The notes under the pieces: model-generated | Database searches by the model: none | What the model was told of the DNA's origin: nothing | The model's input: only the letters and a program-made list of their open reading frames with translations | DNA from: Podarcis melisellensis | Taxonomy: Eukaryota | NCBI GenBank assembly: GCA_964234715.1 | Contig: OZ174282.1 | Length of the DNA: 64,000 nucleotides | Strand: one strand, 5' to 3' | Shown here: positions 1 to 18,917 of the stretch, in pieces | How the letters are laid out: each line of letters opens with the position of its first letter | Numbering within the stretch: position 1 is the first letter of the stretch | Position numbers and translations under genes: made by a program

Positions 1-91
1 TCTAGTCCAACTCCCTGCAATGCAGGAACCTTGGGGCTGGAATCCATCACCCTGAGATTCAGAGTCTCATGCTTTATCGACCGAGCTATCC
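1..91 (-). mobile_element. tRNA-derived SINE with CR1-like 3' part (Squam2-like), truncated by the window edge
   Basis: The minus strand reads ggatagctcggtcgataaagcatgagactctgaatctcagggtgatggattc (tRNA-Lys-like head), then cctgcattgcagggagttggactaga (CR1-like tail). Confidence 0.6.
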
Positions 92-743
92 CTTTAGTCT
101 ACCTTTTTCCTGCCCTGAATCTTCCACTATTCAGCTTCATTGGTTGTCCACGGGTTCGTCTATCTAGTGTTATAAAAGAGGGAGAATTTTCTCTCTCTAC
201 TTTCTTCATGAATTGCACAAATCTGTAAACTTCGATCACATTTTACTGGCCTTTTCTCTAAGCTATTCCCCCCCTCCCAAAATATGTGTTATTGCTTCCT
301 GCTACTCTAAGCAAAAGGTAAGAAAAGAAGACTCCCCGCAAATTTGATAATGCAGCCATAACTCGGCCATCATTCAGCCCCTGAGGAGGGGGCAGCCAAG
401 ACAACCGGGAAGCCGAAGAGAAGAAGGAAGAGCCCGGCCGGCCTCCTGAGAAAGGGGCTCGTGGGAGGCGGACAAGGGCGGACCACCTCCGGGCTCTTCC
501 TCCATCCCGCCCCTGAATGGCGTCGCGGTTCCTCGGGCCTCCCTTTCCCCTCCTCTCCGCCTCCGCCTCGCCTGCTGCTGTTCCCGGTGCGGCCTGCAGG
601 CGGCAGCCCAGAAACCGGCCCGACTCTCCTCAGCGGGGCTCCCGGTGGCCGCCTCGTACGAGCCCGGAGGAGGGAACCAAAGCCCAGCAGCCTCGGCAGC
701 CGCAGCAACAGCAGCCGCCCCAGCCCCAGCGGGAGGAGATGCG

Positions 744-8199
<7,456 letters not shown>

Positions 8200-9741
8200 T
8201 GCTGTGCCTATGAGGAGCAGCGATGATGGGGGGCATTTTACCACGGACATGTGTGTAGACAAGGCCCTTTGTGCTGACAGTGGACTGTGCCAAGCAGAGG
8301 TTAGCATCCAGCTTACTACTGAATCTGTCTCTGCTTGGGGCACCCGTTTGGCTGGGGAAGGAAGAGGATGAGGTGACACAGCCTCCATTGCTACTCTGGG
8401 AGATGGACACAAAGGGGAGAAGGCTGAGCCCAGCCCACTCTGGTTTTTTCCCATCCAAACATCCCTGCCTTCATGGTTGCTCTTCCATTCCCCACCCCCT
8501 CTAACGCTGCTTGGCTTGTTTATATACAAATAAAAACAATCCGAAACTTCCACTATACCGCAACCCTTTTTTCCTGAGACCCCTTCCAGCTTCTGTGGAA
8601 GCAACACCTGGTGCCACCCCAAAGAGAAAACCGAACTGGCTTCACCTAAGGCCATTGCATACTCCTTGAAATCTGAAATGCTGCACTTCCAAGCTTGAGC
8701 TGAACTTTGAAGAGTGTGGCCTTCTTCTGGCTCAGCCAAAGTGGCAGGAAGCTCTCCAAGTGAGAAATACACTCCAAGGCTTAACTAATGCTCAGCTCTC
8801 TCCTGGAGTTGAGGTACTCGTGTTGGAAGTGCTGTCCAAGAAGCTTACCTTGCCAAGGCCTGATCTGTTGCATGGTTTGAGGTACAGTATCTGAAAATGT
8901 GCTCTGCCCCACAGGATGCTGTGTTGCTGCAGAATTTGTTGCCCTTCAGCTCTGTAGCGTTTTGCATGTGTGGCACAGAAAAAGCAGAAGGGGAGCAGAA
9001 CAGGGATGAGGAGGGCTGCAGCTCCAAGCCCCTCAGCCTTATCCTGGCACTGTGGCTCAACCCAGCAAGCCTGCTGCTTCTCAGAAAGGGATGACGTCTT
9101 TGCTCTTCCAGCTGTGGCACAAGAGGTGACGTACTAAGGAATGCAAACTGGGCACCTGTCAAGACACAGGTGCTGGCAAAGTCCTGCAAAGGAGATGGAG
9201 CTTTCCCGCCTTTGCAGCTGCAGCAGGTGGGAGATCTGCCTCCCATCCCACCCATGGCTCCTTTGGTCACGGTTGGGCCTCTGCTGGTGTGTCTCTGCTG
9301 CAATCTGGGGCTCTAGAGTGTCTTTTTAAAAAATCCATGCTATGGGGAGGCAAAGGACTCATTTATTCCACCCCATTGGCTCTAGGCAATGGCTCTTGTG
9401 CCACAAGTGGAGGAGGCTGGCAATGCTCAAGCATAGGCTTCTACTTACAGCAGGGTTTTTGCTTCCCTGAAGGTAACTGCTGATTCCTAATTCAACAAAT
9501 CCACCTTTCTCGGCCACTAAAGCTACTTTCGTGTGCTTTAGTCTTCTTGTCTTAGTACTACTGAGGAAGGCATGTAGAGGAGGGTGGGAGCTCTTTGGTC
9601 TCTAGAAATTCAAGTGAATAGCTGTGAGAACCTCTTTAACTGTCAAGGGGTTTAGCGGCCTGTACACCCCCTGCCCCCTATCTTGTCATGTGTACATAAT
9701 TTTGAGTTGATTCCAGTGTGGGGAGGGACAGTTTATGGAAG

Positions 9742-9747
9742 AATAAA
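9742..9747 (+). terminator. Candidate distal poly(A) signal of VPS4A (proximal AATAAA at 8529-8534)
   Basis: AATAAA followed by T-rich sequence, downstream of the stop codon. Confidence 0.5.
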
Positions 9748-10857
9748 GTGTTGAACTATTTGTCTCTTATATATTCAGCTGATTTTTTACAAGCAACATA
9801 CAATGGTACAATTTGTTTCACAGTTTCTCCACAGGAGATGAAGGAAGAGGCAGTAGTCTCCTTTGTTCTGCTTAGTCTTATCTCCTTCCCACACCACAGA
9901 TGCAATCCACATCCCTACAAGTTGAAGGCGCTAGGGCGTTGAGGCCAGCAGCTCTTTGTGCACAATTTAGCTAGCTAGGAGGGGGTTGTGGGTGCATTTA
10001 ATCTATAAATCTCTTTAAGAGGTTTTATTAAAATCAAGAGGTTTATTCTATGAGTTGATTGTTTAATTTCTATACTGCTTAATCTATTAAAAATATCTGC
10101 AAGCGGTGTACAGAAGACTGAAGCAAAAACAGACAACTTAAAACATTACTAAAATACAGTTGCGTATTATGTTGTGAAGTAAAACATGGTGAGGCATTAC
10201 AGGTGAAGAGGTGGTCAATGCCTTTTTATTGTGAATTGCTATGAAGTTTTAGTTGGTGTCTGTTGCTTTTAACAAGTGTTTGCCCACCTTCCCGCATGTT
10301 AGCCTACTTCACTAGTCAAGGTAGAAGTTGGAGAAGGCCATCTCACAGGATCAGCCTTGCTTTTTCTTGAATTTTGCCCCCCCCCCCAAATGAGTGGCTG
10401 GAGAGAGGCCCCATTAGTAGATGATCAAGTTGTTTAGGGTTGGTTTGGAGGGGCTCTGTTTGGAGCTTCCAGTGGCTGAAATTGGACAAAGCCATTTTCC
10501 TTTAAGGTACTGGCCAAGAGAGTGGCATGCAGTAGTTGAAAGATATTGAATTGCGACCCTTTTAACAGCTTCTGCTTTCTTAGTATTCCCCCCCCCCCCA
10601 AAAAAAACTCCTGCAGCACCATGTGGGGTGGGGGAAGGGCATGCTTATGCCCAGCTTACCTGCCCAGCTTCCTCTCCTCATGCCACAAATAGGGAAAGTA
10701 AAGATGTCAAGCAGTAAAAACATCATTGAACCCCCTCACCTTGGAAGTGTCCACCTTCTCTTTCTATTGCCCCTTTCACTGGTTTGGACATACTTGGGAA
10801 CAGCAGACAGAGAAAAAGTGGCCTTTCTCTCCCTGCCCCCCTGGGCCCAGTCCTGCT

Positions 10858-12254
10858 TCACTCATTTAGCTGTTCCCACTGCAGATTCACAAAAGTCCTG
10901 CTATCCATCTTGTCAATATACAATACACCCTGCAGATGGTCCATCTCATGCTGGATGATGCGGGCTGCCCAGCCACTTGCTGGCCAGCTAAACTGCTCCC
11001 CGACTTCATTCAGACCTGGGGAAAGGAAATAGAGGAACTCCAGTGAGAAATGCAGCTCTGGGGGCCTGCCATGCCTTAATGACTCACTCCCCTTGAAGGA
11101 ACATGTATACCTGACTGAACTTTCCCCAAGCTGTTGGCCCAGTGCAGGCTCCCTGCACCCAGAGAATATCTATCTGTCCTTGCTTTTTGCTGGCACTTAT
11201 TGAAACCAGCTATGCCCCTCAGTCCTGTCAAAAATTAGAAATGTGAGACTTATGAAAGATTCCAGAGCAGGACAGCATACGTAAGCAGGAGAAAGTGATG
11301 CCCCTGATGTTCTACCCACCCACTCTCCCCATTCCATTTTTCATACATAAATTGTCGCTTGCTACACCTGTTCACAGTCACACCAAATAACAGAAGAACA
11401 ACATGTGAGTGTGCTACTGATGAAAGGCTTTGGCATAAAAACATGCACATTTTGACAGGCAGTGTGGGGAAAAGTTGTTTGGTGCTTGTGCCATGAGTTT
11501 GTACTTAGCTACATTCCCACAATTGGAATGCATAATGTAGATTCCCCTTTGAATTAATGACACCTTGTAAGATCAACAGAGACCCAGGTTTGAACACCTG
11601 AGGCTCGCCACACACATATACCAGCTCCAAAACTCACACCTCATCCAAGTGTGTTAAAGCTACAAGGAATAACATTGCCAGCTCACCGGAAACTGCCACG
11701 GCTTGGTATCTGGCGACGCAAGCAGAGAATCCACTGATGCTTTTACAGCCCTCGGGGAAAGAGACCAGTTGGGAGTCCAGCACCCTCATGGATGGATTCA
11801 CTACCACATGCAGGGGGAAGGGGGCCATCTGGCAAGCCTGGCGCATACTGGGGGTGTGCTCATGAAAGAGCCTCTCAGGGAACTCGGCCACAAAGATCTG
11901 GAGTGGCACGCCCACTTGGGGAGCACTGAGACCCACACATTGTTCTTTCCTCATCACGCGAACCAGAGTACGGATGAGGGTCTGCACCTCACCACTGGCA
12001 ATCTGTGAGGGCTCCACGGGAGCAGCCTGGGAGCGCAGAATGGGGTCCCCCACCTGGCAGACATGACTGTAGGGTGGGGTGGGAGGTTTCAAGACTTTGC
12101 GCCGCAGATATTGCCAATAGGTGCGCTGCTTCTCTGCCGGAGAGGAACAAGTGTGGCTGCAACTTCTGCATGGTAAAGGTGCCAGGAAAGCTCTGTTCCA
12201 AAGGAGGCTGTCCAGCATCCAGGCCAAGCCAGGCCTTAGCCTACAAACTGCCAT
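10858..12254 (-). CDS. PDF: Mitochondrial peptide deformylase, 2 coding exons, 241 aa
   Basis: Exons 12254-11687 and 11015-10858 (726 nt). Motifs [15 protein letters not shown] and QHEMDHLQG, with an Arg-rich transit-like N-terminus. Confidence 0.95.
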
Positions 12255-13094
12255 AATTGTGCTTCAGCCACAAAGCCATCTGCCCAAAGAACAAATAAAA
12301 CAAAAATAAGATGAGAAAATAAAAATAATGCAAAGACAACAGGTGCAAGCACTCCCAAGGCTTACTGCTGGGAAGTTTCTAAAGTCAAAGGTTGGCCTAG
12401 CTAAGATCACTGGGAGGGGAAGGGCTGGAGGCTGGAGCTCAGGCAGAGCATCCGCTTGGCTTTTGCATGGTCCCAGGTTCACTACCCAGCAGCGTCTCCA
12501 AGTAAGGGCTGGAAGAGACACACAGAGACCCGATAGGAAACCCTGGAGAGCTACTGCCCATCAGCATAGCCAGTACTGAGCTAGATGGACAAAGGATCTG
12601 TCTACTCTGTATGGCATTTTCCTGTGACTCTGCAGAGATGGAAAAAGCAGGCTTCTCTGCAAAAGCAATACAGAAAGGTTCTAAGATTCTGCCAAAACTC
12701 TCAGCCCACATTTGCAGCAGCAAAATTAGGAGGCGGAATGTTCTGTACCCCTTCCAATTAAATTTTGGATACCTCTCTTGTATATATTATCATCTATTTA
12801 TTTCCCTCCAAGCAGCTCACATGGTTCCTTCCCACCCATATTTTAATTCTCCCAATAACCCGGTGAGGTAGGGATATGCTGCGGGAGAATGAAGGGTCCA
12901 AGGTCATCCGGTGAGCATCATGGGAATGAGCGGAGGACTTGAACTCAGCTCTCCCAATGCACTCTTGACCAGCAAAAGGCCGAAACTCTGCTGCTGGGCT
13001 TCTACTTGCAGGGAGGCTCGTTCTAATTTATTTTAACATCGAGGAGGGTTTCAAAATGTGGATCCCCCACCCGCAACCAGGACCTCAGCCCTAC

Positions 13095-13200
13095 CTGACT
13101 CCAAGTCTCAAGTTTCAATGGGGCCGCCCAACTTCCTGTCTTGACAAACCACGCGAAGCGAGGAAACCGGAAGTGCTCGTGGATGCTGGGAGATGTAGTT
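13095..13200 (-). promoter_or_regulatory. Putative PDF promoter and non-coding first exon
   Basis: ZNF143-type ACTACATCTCCCAG (minus, about 13186-13199), ETS CCGGAAGT (13168-13175), donor CAG|GTAGGG at 13095/13094, and a matching polypyrimidine acceptor at 12281-12280. Confidence 0.6.
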
Positions 13201-13799
13201 CTCAAAAACAAAGAATGGCACCACTCCGTGGCAGGCGGGGTCCTTGCAGACGCTTTAGGTCAGCTTTTTCCATAAGAGGAAGCGGTTGTGTAGCAAAGGG
13301 GAGAATAAGATCCCTCTTGAAGTGACAGGTTTTCCCCATCATATCATTGGTAGCGATGCAGCTGCCTCAGGCTCATCTGCTTTACCTCAGCCCTGCTGCT
13401 AAAGTCAACACCAGCAAGTTTTGGCCCTGAATACTTGCTGCACTTCCACACATGCACCCCTCAGCTACCTGCTAGGGGAAAAAATCCTTCCAACCTCTCT
13501 AGACAAAAATTGTTCTATCCTTTTCTATGCAGAGACTTAATCCAATTAAGACTCCCTCACACTTACCTGCTACCTTTTTAGGACTCCTAGACACAGTCCA
13601 CAGTCCACCCTTCTCTCCCTGACTCCTGTCCACTTTGCTTAATATCCCCCCCCCCCCAAAAGGGAGGATTTTGAAGCATTGAAAATCTCACTCACTTGCT
13701 GTCCTGGGCCATTTTAACTTGCCCTGGTGATGGAGCTATTGTTTTAAATTTGTTTATTTCTCTTCTACTAAAGCTCAGACAAACCAGCATCTAAACTCT

Positions 13800-13990
13800 T
13801 CTCCTCCCTGTGGAATGCCATCCCTTCAAATGCCAAGGAGATAAAAGAACTACAGAACTTTTAGAAGACATCTGCGTTTTTAATGTTTGATGTTTTACTA
13901 TGTTTTATATATGCTATAAGCTGCCCAGAGTGGCTGGGGAAACCCAGGCAGATGGGCAGTGTATAAAAATTATTATTATTATTATTATTT
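13800..13990 (+). mobile_element. LINE (L2-like) 3' end fragment with (ATT)n tail
   Basis: Contains gctgcccagagtggctggggaaacccaggcagatgggc…attattatt. A related copy lies at about 37545-37650. Confidence 0.5.
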
Positions 13991-14648
13991 AAACCTCATT
14001 TCTTGGGGTTCAACTGCAGGTGATCTTGGTCTTGGCTAGCAGGTTTTCTCTTCCTGCAGCACCAACTAAAGTAATTACCCTCTTCTGAAGGGCCAGCTAC
14101 AACCCAAAGCAGTTGGTAAGAACAGTGGGATTCCCACACTCAGCAAGTTGGACTTTCCAAAGAAGAAATTCATACCTAGCCTGAGACATCAAGGGAAAAC
14201 TGGCAGACACACATTTTATTCTGCAGCTTAAGGCATCAGGCAATTCCAGAGGAGAGGAAGATAAGGATGACACACAAGCATTTTTGGTGAATGGGGAGGC
14301 CCAGAAAAAACTGGTACTGACTGATACCTAAAGCAACTAGCCTCGGGAGAGAAGATTCAGGGGCCCACTCTCTTCACAGTACAGCATAGTGAGGTACAAC
14401 ACAGAGAACCAAACAAGCAATCAAGTTTATTCAAACCCTGATCCACCTTCACCAAAATTCCTTCCTCCCAGTGTCCACACCCAACTTCCTTCCCACCAGA
14501 GCAATGAAAGCTCAACTCAGTCTGTCCTTGAAGTGCTGAAGTAGAACCCAAAACCAAGAGCTGTGCCTGCCCATGGCAGGAATGAGTCTCTCCTCAGTCA
14601 GGTTCAAGTATCATGGAACCCCGGAAAACAGGCAAAATCCAGTGAAAA

Positions 14649-17600
14649 CTATTCTAGAGGAGCACTCAGCAGCAAGGCATCACCAGAAGCTGCACTGCTC
14701 TCCTCTGCTTCCAGAACAGGGACTGGGGCACTGGGATCTGCTTCCTGCATGGCATCAGGGAGTTCCAAGTCCAATGGAGGAGGTGCTAGGCTTTCTTCAG
14801 TCAGCCTTTTCTCCTCAGACAAGGGATAGACAGTCTCTTTCTCCGGCAGGACTGAGGCCAGGAGCTCCTGAATCAGCTGCTCATCCACACAGCCAAGACT
14901 GCCATATTTGTGCAGCTGTGTTGGGGGAACACCTAGCAGTAAAAAAAGAAAATATATTAAAATGAGAAGTTAAAATCTTACATCAACCCTGAGCTAGAGA
15001 ACATTCCTTGTACTGCTGCCAATTCTCTCTCTCCGTTCCCCTGGCAGTAGCCTGAGCTGTTGAGCACAGATTTCAATGACTTGCAGGCCTACAAGGACCA
15101 CCACCAAGCAACCCCACCCCACCAATGTGCTGTTCACAAAGTCACAAGCAGAAGCCACTCATCCACCACAGGCCAGGGCTCAGCTGCAAGCTCCTTCCCC
15201 ACCAAAAGTATTCAAGCAGCCATACCCAAAGTCTGTGCAATTTGTGCTGGGGGAAAGAGGAGCTGCAGACAACGGTTGAGGTAGGGCACCAAGTCTTCCA
15301 GAAATGCCATGCAGAAGTGAATGAACAGCTCTTGCTCTCGGCTGCTGAAGGCCACAGCCTCTGCCCGGTGGAAAACCAAAATGACCTTTGTCACCTGCAA
15401 AGAGAAAAAGAGAAGCTAGAATTTCTTGGTTTGGTGTCCAAATGGAAGGAAGGGACTGCAGTACTACTCAGCATGCTAGCCTCATCAAATGGTCAAAATA
15501 AAAGCCCAGCTAATCAGTCTGAGACACACCCAGAGGCTGAGTGAAAAGATGTCACATACTACCCTATAGAGCAGGGACTGAGAACCTTTGATCTCTCAAG
15601 TGCTACAGTCTCCTGGCAGGCAATCCAGCAGGGGCCATTTGCTGACTATGGGTGGTTAGAGGTAGTGGTGAGCAAGTTCAGTAGCAAAAACAGGCGAGGT
15701 CAACCACTTTCTCCTTCCTCTCTCTCTCTCTCTCCCAGCCCACCCAAAGCAGGGACTGATTGCTGTTGTCAGATGCCTGAACTGGTTGCTTGCAAAGGGC
15801 TTCTTGAAATAAGGCAGAGGCTCATCCCTGAACAAACAGACAGCAGCAACATGAGAGGGAACAAGCATAAACTCACAAACATGACCTGCCAAGTTGCTGA
15901 AAAGGGCTAGGAAACGCCAAGGAGTATGACTAAAGATAAGGCTGCAAGCAGCTAAAACTCTGCTGCTAGCAAATTTCTGTCCTGTCACCTAGGCATCTGA
16001 AGCATTTTTAATCCAGCCTCTTGGTGCACATGAGCAACAGAGAGCCCCACCTGGCCAAGTGCATCCTCCAGGGTAGCCGCCACGTCTGGGGCAAGAGCCA
16101 CAGGGCAGCAGAGGCGCAGATCGTTGAAGGCTACCAGGATGTTGTTGAGGAAGCAGGCGAGTGGTGGAAAATCTAGCAGCACCATGGGGGGCTGCAGGGT
16201 GCCTGGCTGGGCAGAAGGAGCCACTGCTACAGGGATGGTGCTGCTGTTGCTACCCAAGGCAGTTGGCACAGAGATTAGCGTGTAGGAGTTCATCTCCTCC
16301 TGGAATTTGTTCACAGCTTCCTGCATGGCTCTCTTGAAGGTGACCAGTGCCACCCGCTGAAATATGGGGATGAGCAGGCCCCGGAAATCCGCTCCAACAC
16401 GGCTGAACGAGAGGCCAAAGTACATGCACTGGCCTAGCAGGGAGTCCAGGCGGCTGCCCACACCACGCTGCAAGTCACGCTCAAGCACCAGCAGGAACTG
16501 GGAGACCTTCTGCAGGACCCACCCATGGAAGATGGCACTTTCATTGAGGGTGTCCTGCCCAGGGGGAGGCACCAGCGGCTCCTCGTCAGCAAAAATGGCA
16601 CGGTACTGCGTGACAATGTCAAAGAGGTGCACACGGCAGGCCTCGATGGTCTTGGTAATATGCACATAGGGGTCGTCACCAGGAACAGCAGCAAGGATAG
16701 AACGTAGCCAGATGTCCCGTGCCTGCAGGAAAGTAATTCGTAGCTCAGCCTCAGTGAAGACATCCATGCAGCGAAGGTAGCCAATGATGCGCAAGCAGGC
16801 TGGCAGCTGAATGTTGGTGCGAAGCTGCTGGATCAGCTGCGTAAGCATGAGCTGTGTGGACTGGCGCACTTCTGCCACTATGCCCTGGGAAGGAGAAGAG
16901 AGACAAAATCAACTTCTGTTACTCATGGTTCCCAAACCATGCTGATCTCAATACTGCACAAACTATTTTATTTTCACTACAGTCCTTATGGATCATCCAT
17001 GTGATCACTTATGGAGAGGGTCTACAGGTCAGTGGTAGATATACCTGCTTGATACAGTAGATACACTCTGGCTGCCAGAGTAGACAATACTGGGCTTAGT
17101 GCACAGTCAAACCTGGTATGAGGTAACTGCATTTTATAATGATGTGTACTTTTGGGAACTTTTAAAGAGGCATAACTTGCTGTCATCCTGAGTTCCTTTA
17201 GGAGGAAGAGTGGGATATAAACATGGTAAATAAATAAAGTGTTGTGACCTTAACAATGCATTCTTATTTGCAGATGGAAGAAGGGCTTTATTGGATCAGA
17301 ACAGGGCCTGCCTCATCTCAGCTTTCTGTACAAGAATCCCTGCAACTAGCACGTTAGCCAAGAGTCATTAGTCAGTGATGGGGTGTGGTCTACCTTCTAT
17401 CTATCCCTGCTTTACAGATTGCACTTAAAGAGATCAGTGGCTTGTATCCTGCTCTTGTTGAAAGTCAAAGAAACAGATCCCTACAGCACATGCACAAACC
17501 CTGGCTGCAATAAGCAACATAAGCACTTAGTCAAGAAAAAAGGCAACAAGAGAAGAAGCCTCAGATCTAGAAATATTCTGGCTTCTACAAACAGAACATG

Positions 17601-18599
17601 ACAGCTCATGATGTTCCAGGATTGTGGGCCTTGGGTATCACCTGGATCAAACTTAGGAAACCAGCACAGAAGCCACACCACCTCTGCCTCTGTAAGCCAT
17701 GGCAGAGGAAACAAATGCAAAAGGTTGGAGATGCCTTTCTTCGCTAAGCTTTTGCTCAGGTCCTGAAACTCTAGTAGCAAATAGTTGGGACCTACTATCA
17801 CTGTATGGCTTAAGGCAGCTCTGGCACCTGCCAGGCTCAGAACATGTCTGCACCTGGATGACAGGGATGGTGGCATGCTTCTTCTCCAGGCGGCGGACAT
17901 AGGACACCAGCTCCAGGGCCTCCTCGTAGTAACTGTTGCGGACGCATGTGTCCATCAGCTGGGGGATCTCCAGCACTTCCAGGATCTCTGTGTGGAGGTT
18001 CAGAGTCAGGCTGTTCATACGGCGGTTCTGAGCAATCTGTTCAGCCTCCTGCATGAAGTTCCTGGAGGCAGGAGCAAAAGAAGAAGAAAGCAGGTTAGGC
18101 CAGGAAAAGCAAAGGGGGAAGCCCCCTCTAACCCACCCATTCCAATGGCAGTGAGTTCCATAAGTTAACGCTGGGGCGCCCCAGGATTATTCCTGCCCCC
18201 AAAAGGAGTGTGGCGGCAGCCTTGGCCTCCAACTCCTCCTGCTCACCGGCAGGCCTCGGCGAAGGGTGGGAGGCGGCCCAAGAGGCGGTCGAGGCCCTGC
18301 TCGATGCCACCGAAGCCGCGACGCGTCTCAGCGGTGCATTCGGCGGAGCGGATGAAGGTCTTATAGTGGGCGAAGGCCAAGGCCCGCGTCTGTGCCCCGA
18401 GCTGCGCTCGTTCCTCCGCCAACCGGCCGGGTTCCCTCCGCAAGGCCTCCAGGCCCAGCCCCGCCAGCGCCGACAGGTAGGCCGCCAGCTCTGCGTCCCC
18501 CGCCGCCAGGGGAGGAGGCAGCGGCGCGGTCGCCCCGCGGAACAGCCATGCCAGCAGGCTCGCTTCCTCTAGGTCCGCCGAAGGCTCCGGGGCCGCCAT
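14649..18599 (-). CDS. COG8: Conserved oligomeric Golgi complex subunit 8, 5 coding exons, 615 aa
   Basis: Exons 18599-18247, 18061-17854, 16884-16051, 15394-15226, 14932-14649 (1848 nt). Peptides LAFAHYKTFIRSAEC, EIPQLMDTCVRNSYYEEALEL and LLGQCMYFGLSFSRVGADFRG. Confidence 0.97.
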
Positions 18600-18917
18600 C
18601 GGGCCGCCCTCGACGTGGACCAGGAAGTGATCGCTATGGCAACCGGAGGCTAGTCCTCCGTGGCAGATCCGGGTGCCGCTCTGCCCGAAACCTCTGTGTT
18701 CGTATGACGAGACCGGGAGGTCACGCAACGACGCTCCGACACTTGCACTCTATTGTGACCATAGACATATTTCTGGGTGTCAGCCTAGAGAGGGGAGCCG
18801 ATGAGTGTAGGACACCCGAACTTAGTTTGATGTTGCAACTTCCGCTTCGTGTCTTTGATCCGAGGCTTCCCTGAATTGGAACCACGCGGGTCTCCGGCGT
18901 CTGTCTCGGGAGGTGCG
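18600..18917. promoter_or_regulatory. Bidirectional CpG promoter shared by COG8 and NIP7
   Basis: The two ATGs diverge 318 bp apart. ETS-like CAGGAAGTG at 18621, and an RFX half-site ATGGCAAC. Confidence 0.8.

Noticed and set aside
645-743. GTG-initiated in-frame N-terminal extension of VPS4A
   Set aside because: An open frame is expected in GC-rich UTR sequence, the -3 context is poor, and there is no supporting evidence.
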